DNA from: Callorhinchus milii
Taxonomy: Eukaryota
Reading direction: 5' to 3'
NCBI RefSeq assembly: GCF_018977255.1
Contig: NW_024704742.1
Coordinates: 76,386,001-76,450,000 of the forward strand
DNA: 64,000 bases
Shown piece by piece: positions 1 through 10,212 of the stretch (position 1 is the stretch's first letter; the number at the start of each line of letters is the position of its first letter). The notes beneath the pieces are model-generated. The model did no database searches, had not been told where the DNA came from, and saw nothing but the letters and a program-made list of their open reading frames with translations. Position numbers and translations under genes: made by a program.

Positions 1-180
1 ATTCGTCCCATCGTGTCTGTACCCGCTCTTTGAAAAGAGCTATCCAAATCAATCCCACTCCCCTCGCTCTCCCCATAGCCCTGAAAAGTTGTCTTCTCCA
101 AATAGTTGTTATCGAATCGGTTTCCACCCTCCTTTCAGGCAATGCATTCCAGATCCGAACAACTCGCTGTGTGAAAAGAC
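1..180 (-). mobile_element. CR1-type LINE 3' fragment
   Basis: Reverse-complement similarity to the 13300-13495 element, which ends in an (ATTCTATG)2 CR1-type tail. Confidence 0.6.
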
Positions 181-821
181 AGTTCCAGGGTAGTTCCGTT
201 ACAATATCCGAACATAACGTTTTGAGGCCCAGCTCTGCTCCCTTCTGAGAATTCCTACCTATTGATGACAGTTTGTCTCCACCTTTGGTCTGGACTCTGA
301 CACTTTCTCTCGCTTCCCTGGGACTTGTCCAGCCATGTTGGGGCGATGAATCTGCATCACTTCCAGTGCTCTCTTGTACTTGTGGCACAGTACTCTAGCA
401 CCCCCTCACCCCCCCCCCAAAAAAAAAATATTCAGCTATCTCACTCCTGGGAGATTTGGATGCAAACCCTAGGCTGTCCAGCACCCTGAGATTCCTCCTG
501 ACCGGAAAGGTATACTGTACATGTAAACTTGTGTGGCACTGTACTGTAATGGACTGTTGACTTATGAGCTCCACGTTGTATATCAGGACCTACCACCCCC
601 CACCCCCACCCCCCACAATTAAAGATTTCTTGATCCCCCCAACCTTAAGGCAAGATCTTGTGATATTTATTCTCCAGCCTCGTCGCTTGGTGTCATTCCC
701 ATCCTGTTCTAACCGCTGTTCCAGCCCCTCAGCTCCCGTTCAGAAAGTTCTCTGTGAAGTGCTGTGACTGTGCGTCGGTGGGAAAGTTGTAATGTACGGC
801 ATAACATTGGCCATCATTTCG

Positions 822-850
822 GTGTGTGTGTGTGTGTGTGTGAGTGTGTG
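822..850. repeat. (GT)n microsatellite
   Basis: Direct dinucleotide run. Confidence 0.95.
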
Positions 851-1079
851 GATAAGACAATCTCATTCATAAAAGCTGTGAAGCCTCGCCTTGAACTGTA
901 GGTGTACTGTTCGCCCGCACTGCTGGGACTGATCTTTGGAATGACACGTCTCGTTGGGGCTCACGTTGCCCTCAGGGAATACTTGGGATGCAATAAAAAG
1001 CAATTAGCGGTCAGAGCGGTGAGTCCATCAGCGGGAGAGCACTCCAGCCGACGTGTCTGTGCCGGTCTCCTCGGCCCGG

Positions 1080-1235
1080 GATAGCACGTCCCACTGATGC
1101 TTGGAGGGTGAGTCAGTGCGAGGGCGGGCCGGACCGGCCGGGCAGGGCTGGGCTGGGCTGGGCTGGGCTGGGCAGGGCTGGGCTGCCAGGCGGTGAGGGA
1201 GTATAAAGGAGCGAGAGAGCAAACTCTCTCACACA
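1080..1235 (+). promoter_or_regulatory. Proximal promoter: AP-1 site TGAGTCA (1109-1115), GC box (~1121-1130), (GGGCW)9 tract, TATAAA (1202-1207)
   Basis: Motifs read directly from the sequence. Region is locally GC/CpG-rich and lies upstream of the first coding exon. Confidence 0.75.
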
Positions 1236-1284
1236 CACACATAGCTGCGCCTCCACACCCAACTGCTCACTCACTCAGTCACTA

Positions 1285-1316
<32 letters not shown>

Positions 1317-1351
1317 AAACTCACTCACTCACTCACTCAGTCACTCACTCA
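1228..1351. repeat. (CA)n / (CACT)n compound microsatellite in the predicted 5' UTR
   Basis: Direct repeats between the TATA box and the ATG. Confidence 0.9.
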
Positions 1352-1429
1352 GCAAAGCAGCACAAGGACTCACATAAGGCAGCGCTGAGGCATTGGGGCC
1401 ACTCTGAGCAGTGATTTACTCTTCAGATA

Positions 1430-1475
1430 ATGCGGAAGGTGTACACTTCGCCTCTACTGTTACTCATAGCTGCAG
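1430..1475 (+). CDS. AREG: Amphiregulin-like EGF-family precursor, coding exon 1 (signal peptide MRKVYTSPLLLLIAA)
   Basis: ATG at 1430, about 230 nt downstream of a TATA box. Hydrophobic signal peptide. Donor CAG|gtaat at 1476, phase 1, in frame with the exon at 2000. Confidence 0.8.
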
Positions 1476-1999
1476 GTAATGCATTCCTCTCCATTACTGT
1501 TCTTTGTCGTTACGGGTAAAAGAAACGTTAATTATTTAGAGTTAAGACTTTATTATTAATTAGAATGAAGGGCCACACATGCATTCTGTTGGCAGGTGGC
1601 AATCAAAGGGAATAGTTTGTGCTAAACTATGGTTACTGTCATCCGGTTAACTATGAATGTTTGTAATTCTAGACATAGGGAAGACTTTTTTTCCTTTTGT
1701 CAAACTTTTTTCAAAAATTAGAAATTTATTGCTCCTCTTCAATTTTAGTCGTTAACTTTTGTCTTAACTTTTTCTTGTATAAGTCGGTTTAAGGCACTCC
1801 CCTTTGTGAGGGGCACTACATAAATGCAAGTTGTTGTTGCCTTTCTAATGGTAGAATTTTAGATCAGCATCCAGGTTAAAAAAAACAAAATCATAGGGTT
1901 TTGTTCTTGGTTTAAAAAGGTCATTTCAAATTGGCCTGTTCAGTCGGTTCTGGATAAATGTTGACTTGAATTTTAAATGTTGTTATTTTGCTATGACAG

Positions 2000-2236
2000 C
2001 CGGTTGCTGGACAGGTTATGGTGCACGTATGGGTGAGAGTGACAATGGATTGTTGGCGTCTTCTGGGGTTCCCACCTACAGTCCTGAACAGACCCCGCAG
2101 GTAACTGCGGTGCAATTCAATGGCATCTATGTGGACAGCGATGAGGACTATGCGGATGAATTTGAAGATGAAGACTATGAAGATTACGAAGCATTGGTAA
2201 TTGAAGATCCAGTCTATGGAACATCATTAGGGAAAG
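2000..2236 (+). CDS. AREG: Amphiregulin-like precursor, coding exon 2 (acidic pro-region)
   Basis: Acceptor gacag| at 1998-1999 and donor AAG|gtacgg, phase 1/1. Encodes DSDEDYADEFEDEDYEDYE, resembling the acidic Asp/Glu/Tyr pro-region of AREG. Confidence 0.8.
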
Positions 2237-3727
2237 GTACGGAATGTCCCTTTGTTTTTAAAAATGAAAATGTAGTGTACATATGTCAGAAATATACCGA
2301 TGAGTATAGTTTTCCAACACGAGGTTAAACCTCAGAGTTTTTTTCCCACAATCTAATTCTTGTTTATTGTCTAATGTTTCCTTTACAAAATGTTAAGGGG
2401 ACTCGAACTAAGATTAGCCAATTATACATTTCTGTCATTAAAGTTTGTTGCTGAGTAATACACCAGGATTCAGGAATGGAATATTATTTAGAATCCTGGT
2501 GTACATCTTCAGTTTGTTATGCAGAAAGGTATCAGAGAGTGATCATTTCTAGAGATAGTGCATCATGTGCCTCAGTAGCAAATAGTAGTGTCCCTAATAT
2601 ATAATTTAGGTAGATTGAGTAAGATCCAATTGATGATAGATTGGTGTGTGAAGCAGAATAAATGAATTCCAATTGTCAGTAAACCATCTTTGGATGAAAC
2701 GTTAAACTTGGCTCCAGTCTGTCTGTTCAGATTGAAAGTTATCGTTCCCAAAGCACTGTTTGAAAAATGGAGTTTATTCTTCCTGGAGTCCTGATCAACA
2801 ACTCCCCAGATAAAATTGATCATTCACTTCATGGCTCTTTATGGGACATTGCATTGCAGTCGCTGACTTTTTTTAAAAAAAAGTTAAGGATGATCATACA
2901 CAAATTCATATACCGCTTGGTCCTGTAATATCAGAGACTGAACCCATGCACTGGCACAACAATGCCATCTGCAGAATTTAAGGCAGGTGATTTTTGTGTG
3001 GGTGGATAAGGCAAAGTTTTCATTCATGGTAATTTCCATTGCCTGAGGTAGATTTTTAAACTCTGGTAGATTGACTGATCTGAACTTTAAAAGCATACAT
3101 TAGGCATGCTTTGCACGTTCAAGTACAACAACACTGAATGTGACAAACAAATTAAAGTAAAAATTGGGTTCAGAAGAAGCTTTATTATCCTGGGCAATAA
3201 ATCCCCCAAATAAAAATTTGGTCATCATTGTATGGCTGTTCATGGGATATTGCTGTATGCAATCTGGATATTGGAGATTACAGTCAAACTTGTTCATTCT
3301 TTTTCTTGTGCCATGATTCCTACAGTGTTCTTTTATGTCAATTTAATGCATCAGCACTCATCAAAATATACTGCCATGGATGCTTCTCTATTAAATAAAC
3401 TTTAAATTCCACAACAATATCAACTACTTTACTTAATTTTCAGTGTAGAATTTGTTATTTTGTGGCATCTTAAAATTACTGACATCTTAAAAGTGTTTGC
3501 TTATTGTAAAATCGTTATCTGAAAGAAACACGCTTTTATACTCCATTCCAATTGTTCAGTAACACTGGAGTGCCTAATTTGCCTGTGTCTTTGGCCATAT
3601 AACCTGAAAGAAGACTTTTCATTAAGATCCATTGGAAACGTAGTTCTGAAAATTGCTTAGATATGTATGGAAATGTGCAGAGTACCCCAAGTTTGGTATG
3701 AAATAATATATCTATTTGTATTATCAG

Positions 3728-3926
3728 TCCAGCCAGTCATTAAACCCAGGAGTAGAGGTGAAAAGAAAATTGCTCATCCAAAAAAAGCAAGAAGCAAAGG
3801 AAAGAAAAACAACAGGAGAAAAAGAGGAAAGCAAAAACTCAACGATTTGTGTAAAACTGTGTACAAGAATTATTGCATTCATGGAAAATGCAAATTCTTG
3901 AAGGAACTCAATAAAACATCATGCAT
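3728..3926 (+). CDS. AREG: Amphiregulin-like precursor, coding exon 3 (basic heparin-binding region and EGF Cys1-4)
   Basis: Acceptor atcag| and donor AT|gtaagt. Encodes VQPVIKP...KKARSKGKKNNRRKRGKQK then CKTVYKNYCIHGKCKFLKELNKTSC. An intron between Cys4 and Cys5 is the hallmark of ErbB ligand genes. Confidence 0.85.
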
Positions 3927-4727
3927 GTAAGTGTATCTAAAGGTTCCAATATACATTGAACTGAAAACTGTTAAGGCTGTCTTGAAGCTTGTTTTTCATT
4001 TAAAAGTTACATACTTTTGAGATTTGCATCTAATTTTTGTTTACCAGTATAGATATGGGCAGAACATTTTTTTAAATTCACAAATATTTCTCTCTGGGCT
4101 TATTTTTTATCATGAATAATTGGGGTATATTTATATGAATCATGGCCCATATAGATGCTTTTCAATTCTGTGCGCAAATACCTGTGCAGGAGGCAAGATA
4201 CACTGGAAATTCCATCAGAAAGGAAAATGTGATTGTATATGTAGCATACTTTGACAATGTACATTTATATTGGGGTTTCCCACCAAAGGTGCACATTGCC
4301 ATAGTATAATACACTTACTGCCATAGGGAGCTTTCTATCCAGGAGAAGAATATTATGAGATTGGATTTACAAGCAGTTTCTGTTCCTGCCTTAAGTAGTA
4401 CTCACTTAGTACTGGCACATAGCATAGTGACAGCTCAGGCTGGCGAAAGAGACTCAAAAGTACCAGAGTAATCCTTTTGGGGACTGGTGCAAAGTCTCTA
4501 AACACCAACAGAAAACTTCAGGTCTGATATCTCAATTCATTATAATTGGCCAGCCTTTCAGAATATGTTGAGGATGCTTGTGCAAAGCACATCAATTAAA
4601 TGAGTACATAGTGCATGCAGTGTCAGAGGAATTCCAATGTTGAGCTTTATGTTAGCTCATCCATGTGCGTAAATTTGTTCCACCTAAAACCTTGTGTTTA
4701 AAAAAAATCTGAGTTAGACATCATCTT

Positions 4728-4903
4728 GAGTAAACTCCTGATAACTGGTCACTCCAAGGGAAAAGGGTTCAGGGATGAATTATCCAGTGTGGCGAGTTAC
4801 ATATATGCATAAACACAAACAAATGCAGCCGGGAAATTAATAGCATGATGACTTATGTGGTAGTAACAAGTTAAGCCAGGATGGAGTTATCAGGCCTTTA
4901 CTG
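4728..4903. mobile_element. MITE with ~18-bp TIRs (Tc1/mariner-pogo/Tigger-like), in intron 3
   Basis: AGTAAACTCCTGATAACT at 4729 versus AGTTATCAGGCCTTTACT at 4885 (16/18 inverted match). A homologous copy lies at 43693-43870. Confidence 0.7.
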
Positions 4904-5054
4904 ATATACTTATTAATATGGCATTAAATTTCACCCAGTCTTAGGATACAAGACCATTTTATCTTAGAACATGTATGTTATCTCCCCACCAAATTTCATG
5001 TAAAAAACACAGCAAAACCAATTACATTAATATTTCAATTTGTTTTCTCTTCAG

Positions 5055-5210
5055 ATGCCTTCCTGGGTACCAGAATGAACGCTGTGGCATTCAGGTACTG
5101 AGCGTAGGAACCAGTAAGGAGAGAATTGATGGCCTCACAATCGCATTACTGCTCGTGGGAGCAATGCTCACCCTTGCTGCAATTATTGTGGCTGTCACTG
5201 TGATATTCCA
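5055..5210 (+). CDS. AREG: Amphiregulin-like precursor, coding exon 4 (EGF Cys5-6, stalk, transmembrane helix)
   Basis: Acceptor ttttctcttcag| and donor CA|gtaagt, phase 2/2. Encodes (I)CLPGYQNERCGIQVL... and TM segment IALLLVGAMLTLAAIIVAVTVIF. Confidence 0.85.
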
Positions 5211-5599
5211 GTAAGTGCAACTTTACAATCTTTCGTAATCTTTCTTATCTTTCATACTTGTATAACTAAATTTTGACTGTCTGTCATATGCTTATAATTG
5301 TTACAGGAGAAGGTTATCAAGGGTTGATGGGTTACGAAAAATATGCATTATTTGCCATATATATGTAATGAGACCAACTTAACTGTTAAGCTACTTAACG
5401 ATTGGTTTAATTTTATACCGAAAATAGCGCTCTGAGATGCTATCCTGCATGAAGGGTCCTATATCAGTGCAACTTGTTGTACGTGGGCGAGGCTCTTTTC
5501 TGACTACAATCACATTTGCTGAATGTTGCAAAACAAGTTACAGATCAGTTCAGTTTTCACGTCTTACATTTAGAAATTACAAATATCTCCTTGTTTCAG

Positions 5600-5681
5600 G
5601 TGTAAGAAAAAGTTGAGAGATGCACGTGAGGTTGAAAGTGAAGAAAAGCAGAAGCTCGGAGAAATTAATCGTATGGTTTGA
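5600..5681 (+). CDS. AREG: Amphiregulin-like precursor, coding exon 5 (cytoplasmic tail, stop TGA 5679-5681)
   Basis: Acceptor ttgtttcag|. Encodes (Q)CKKKLRDAREVESEEKQKLGEINRMV*; EEKQKL matches the AREG/HB-EGF EExxKL tail motif. Candidate donor AAG|gtgact after 5687. Too short to appear in the ORF track. Total CDS 720 nt = 239 aa plus stop. Confidence 0.82.
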
Positions 5682-5767
5682 AAAAAGGTGACTTGAATGG
5701 ATTGGTATCATACCCACTTTTATATTCTGTGCACCTTGTATTTGCCTGTAGTTCAATTAAAACATTG

Positions 5768-6035
5768 TGTCAGCTTGGCTCAGTGGTAGCATTCTTACCT
5801 CAGAGTCAAAAGTTTTTTGGTTGAAGCCCCACGTGGGGACTTTGAATCACATAGTCTAAAGCTGAACACGTGCTACATTGTTAGAGGTGCCACCCTTTGG
5901 ATGAGAAGTTAAACCAAGGTTCTGTCTGCCTGTTCAGGTGAATTTTATGATCCCATGGTACTGTTCGGAAAGAGAAGGGATTTTCTCACGATGTACTAGC
6001 CAACATTCCCCCTCCCCAAATAAACTTGGTCACTC
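5768..6035 (+). mobile_element. tRNA-headed Deu-domain SINE (family B), partial
   Basis: A-box-like TGGCTCAGTGG head. GGTGC...TTTGGATGAGA..TTAAACC..GG..CTGTCTGCCTGTTCAGGTG core typical of DeuSINE/AmnSINE1-like elements. Confidence 0.7.
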
Positions 6036-6692
6036 ACTGCATGGTGAGGCTCCGTAATGGAGTTCCAAAGGGTGGGGGCAGAAAGGCTGAAGGCCCAACT
6101 TCTGATGGTGTGGCGGGCACAGCGGGGGGCATGCAGACATTTCAGTGTTATAGGTGGTAGAAAAATGTAAGCTATTTGTTCTTTACAAAAGAATGTTGGT
6201 TCTAAACCTGCTGTAGTCTGCACTTGTGTGTTTCATCCTATTCAGCAACTTGGATGTGAAAATGCATTTGAGGAGATGATTTGCACCTATTGTAGTGGAG
6301 CACTCAAACCTGGTTATTCTTCCAGAGTTTCTTGCAATGTTCTTTGCTTTTTTTTAAAATGTGAGATTCTGTTATCTCTTAATATGATCAAATGCAGAAA
6401 AGCTCATGAGAAGAGCCAGCAAATTGAGCAAAGTCAAGATTTTGGCTGTGGATATAGATACAATTCTAGACAAACATATTAAGATAAAGATGAGGTGGTT
6501 TGCGATTAGTGGCACTTCCTATTAACACCTGCATCTGCAACATTCCCACTCTGAAGGTGTTGCGGCACCAAAAGGATCTGTTTAATGTGGTTTGACTGCA
6601 GAAAGTATTTTAACTTCCGATTGAACTGGTAGCTGCTATTGTGTGCTATATTCGTGAACAATGATATTAACGGATGTTAAACTTGTTTGCAG

Positions 6693-7000
6693 GATGTCCT
6701 GGATTTGACACTTGAGAAATTGGAGAATCTGAAAACTAGTACCTGTAGCTACTAACGTGCATGAAGGGAAGAAAAAAATCCTGACTTTCATTTGCATCTG
6801 TTGTAGGATGCCTGTGTTTTTATAATGGGTCGCTTAAAGAATATACTAGTTTCAGTAGAAATAAAACTACTTGGCTGATTTGTTTATATTTATTTGATAT
6901 TTAATGTTATTTAATGTTTATATAAATTTGTTACACTTGAATTAAAAATGTAAATATAGTATCAAAAGTATTAAACAAAGGCTTGTATTAAATCAACTTG
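6693..7000 (+). other. AREG: Probable non-coding last exon (3' UTR) of the AREG-like gene, with AU-rich elements and poly(A) signals
   Basis: Acceptor acttgtttgcag| at 6691-6692. ATTTA-rich tract about 6885-6925. AATAAA at 6860; ATTAAA at 6941, 6970 and 6987. AREG and HBEGF both have a 3'UTR-only last exon. End position approximate. Confidence 0.6.
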
Positions 7001-7039
7001 TTGCTTGCTTTGTCTATACCAGCACAGTACACATAATGT

Positions 7040-7370
7040 ATTAATTCTTCCCTGAAATCATTCATAGCTTTGATTGCTCTGAATACCCTTCCATGTGGTC
7101 ATTGTTCATGTGTGAACCTCAACAGTGAGGGTTGAAGGGCAAATTGATTGCAGAGACCAAAACTGACCTCTTCCTACCTTCCTTCCCCCCACCCACCCCC
7201 ATGCACATACACACATACACACACATAACCAATAAGTATGCAGGAACCCTGGCTGTTTTTCCCGTTTTTTTTCTGCCTTATCCTGGGAAGGCTTGAGCCA
7301 ATTTTACCTCCCTGTGCAGCTTCAACTAAGACAAGCAAACTCAGCACAGATCAGGATTCGATCAGTGAAT
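7040..7370 (-). mobile_element. Old SINE-like interspersed repeat (family C); related copies ~19150-19565 (+), ~62810-62925 (+), ~13505-13600 (-), ~58765-58870 (-)
   Basis: Shared motifs across copies (GCTGAGTT...GATCTCAGC, CCAGGGTTCCTGC, CTCACTGT..AGGCTCACACATGAA). Confidence 0.5.
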
Positions 7371-7399
7371 AGTCTTTAAGCTACAACTCTATCTATCAC

Positions 7400-7806
7400 C
7401 ATTGGGGCTCACTTCTAAAGCCCTTCACAGTCTTGGCCCTCCCTACATGTGCGACTTCCTAAAAACTTACCTACCTACCCAGTCCCTCTGCTTGGCGGGC
7501 AGTGGCCTGCTCCATAACCCCTGCCCTGGCCACCACACCGTCACAATTTGGGCTTTCAGCCTTTCTGCCCCGCTCTTTGGAACTCCATTCCAGAGCCTCA
7601 TCCTTGCCCCCTCCCTTGCCTCCTTCTAGGCCCATCTCAAAGCCTTCCTCTTTGACCACACTTTTGGTCATCCTCCCACCCCATTCCCTTACCTCTACCC
7701 CTCCCGAACCCAATCCCCAGCTCCGGTACAAAACCTAGACACTTCAGCGCTTTGGGATATTCTCCTGATGTGACAGGTACTTTATAAATGCAGTGTGTTG
7801 TTGTTG
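7400..7806 (+). mobile_element. L2 LINE 3' fragment with (TTG)n tail
   Basis: Translates to KALHSLGPPY...WAFSLSAP, homologous to the 3' end of the 8645-10212 L2. Confidence 0.8.
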
Positions 7807-7829
7807 AAAGCTTGCCAAACAATGGTGTT

Positions 7830-8240
7830 TAGTGGGGGTGAGGGGGTATGGAACAGGTTGGTGTTTCCTGAGTGAAAGGAGCAGAGGGGCTGGTAGAGTT
7901 GCAGAAGGTTGCAGAGGTCTTGTGGGATAAGACTATGGGGGGATTTCCAAGGGGAGAAAGATTTTGAATTCGATCTGCTGAGGGAAGGTGAGCCAATGGA
8001 GCTAAGCAAGGTGATGGCAGATGCGGGAGAGGACATGAGCTGCAAAAGTTCTGGATGATTTGTAGTTTGTGTAGGGAAGAGCTGGGGAGTCCGATGAGCA
8101 GAGCATTGAAGTAATTGAATCTGGATGTGATTAAGGTGTGGATGAGGTCTCAGAGTCCCAGGGAAGAGGTAGGTCAGAGGAGGGCAATGTTATGGAGGTG
8201 AAGGAAAGCTGAACACATGAGAGTCTGATGTAGGGGGGAG
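7830..8240 (-). mobile_element. Degenerate L2 LINE fragment
   Basis: Minus strand resembles the L2 ORF2 C-terminal region. Confidence 0.65.
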
Positions 8241-8644
8241 AGTATTATCAATTGAGCCAACATGGCTTATCAGTAGGACTTGGAGAGACAGATCAGTCAC
8301 TGGGGCAGGGATTCTTCCCATTTAGCTCCTGTTACCCTACCCTATAGCCCTAATAGGCAGAGATGTCTTAACAGTAGAGGTTTGAAATGTGGCAGCTTCA
8401 GTTTACCCCATATTAGAAAAGATGCTATTTACCCACAAAACAAATTACAGTCACTTTGCAGCATGTTCTGTGAAGTGCTTTGAGACAACCTCCTGATGTG
8501 AAAGGTGCCATACCAAATGATATTATTCTTATTTCTTACCAATTTGATGCTGTATCACTTTACAATATATTGTTATATTTTTAGAATGTCGATTTACAAA
8601 AAGTGGTGAAAAGATTAACTTGCAAATGTATAGTTGAATAGTTT

Positions 8645-10212
8645 ATCCTCTGGCTCTGTCCCCATTCCCTTAAAAACTGCCACCATCACGCCCACCCTGA
8701 AAAAACCCTCCCTTGATGCGTCGCAGCTATCAAGCTACCGGCCCATCTCCAACCTCCCCTTTCTCTCCAAGGTCCTGGAAAGAGTTGTCGCCTCCCAACT
8801 GCGCTCTTTCCTTTCCACCCATTCACTTTTCGAACCCCTTCAGTCAGGTTTCCGTGCTGCCCATAGCACAGAAACTGCCCTGGTCAAGGTCACCAATGAT
8901 ATCCTGACCATCTGTGACCAGGGCTCCCTCTGCCTCCTCGTCCTCCTCGACCTATCGGCAGCATTCGATACGGTCGACCACGCTATCCTACTCCACCGCT
9001 TGTCCTCCCACCTCAACCTTCAAGACACTGTCCTTGAGTGGTTTAGGTCGTACCTTTCTCACCGTTTTCACTTTGTCTCGACGAATGGCTTCTCCTCCAC
9101 CCCCCGTACTGTTTCATGTGGTGTCCCTCAGGGCTCTGTCCTCGGTCCCCTCCTCTTCACCCTCTACATGCTCCCCCTCGGTGACATCATCCGCAGACAT
9201 GGAGTTAACTTCCACATGTATGCGGATGACACCCAACTCTACCTTTCCTCCTCTACTCTCAACTCCACGACCACCGATGTCCTGACAGCTGCCTGTCCGA
9301 CATCGAGTCCTGGACGAGAGACAACTTTCTTCAGCTCAACGTGTGAAAAACCGAGGCCCTCCTGATTGGCTCACGTCAGCGCCTCCGCACCTCAGGCGCC
9401 GACACCATCAGCATCCAAGGCTGCACTCTCCACCTCTCAAAGCCAGTCAGGAACCTCGGCGTTTTGTTCGACCCTGAGCTGTCCTTTCTCCCTCACATCC
9501 GCACCACAACTGGCACCGCCTTCCATCACCTCCGGAACATCGCCAGACTACGGCATTACCTCACCCCTCACGCTGCTGAAACCCTGGTCCACGCCTTTGT
9601 CACCTCAAGCCTGGACTATGGGAACTCTCTCCTCGCCGGCCTTCCCGCCACCTCCCTCCACAAGCTTCAGGTCATTCAGAACTCTGCAGCTCGTGTACTG
9701 TCCCGCACCAGACACCGCGACCACATCACTCCCACCCTCGCTCGCCTCCACTGGCTCCCCATCCCCCAGAGGATTGATTTCAAGATCCTCATCCTCATCT
9801 ACAAGGCCATTCACGGCCTTGCTCCCTCCTACCTCTTCAACCTACTATCCCCCTACCTACCTGCCCGTACCCTCCATTCCTCCGGCTCCGGTCTGCTCCA
9901 CGTCCCCCGCCCCAATCGCCCTACCATCGGTGGTCGGGCCTTCAGCCTCTCAGCCCCCAGGCTCTGGAACTCTATCCCCCAGTGCCTTCGCCGCCTCCTC
10001 CCTTTCCTCCTTCAAGGCCGGTCTCAAAACCTTTCTCTTTGACCGAGCCTTCAGCTCCCCTCTCGACTCTCTACCCCCTCCTCGCTCCCTCCCTTCCCTC
10101 CCCTCACCCTGACCATTTCCCCCCTGCTCGGGTCATGACCCAACTGTGCAGCGCCTTGGGACGTCCTCCTGACGTGAAAGGCGCTTTATAAATGGAATCT
10201 TGTTGTTGTTGT
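8645..10212 (+). mobile_element. 5'-truncated L2 LINE; reverse transcriptase pseudo-ORF with frameshifts and intact 3' tail
   Basis: RT motifs [59 protein letters not shown]2 C-terminus LHWLPI..RIDFKIL; tail GTGAAAGGCGCTTTATAAAT...(TTG)n. Confidence 0.95.

Noticed and set aside
1966..2328. ORF-track 120-aa ORF as a stand-alone gene (also 3667-3930 and 4975-5214)
   Set aside because: These are exons 2-4 of the spliced gene with intronic read-through.
9366..10112. Pro/Ser-rich 248-aa ORF and similar ORFs near 46.9-47.8 kb
   Set aside because: Alternative reading frames of C-rich L2 sequence.
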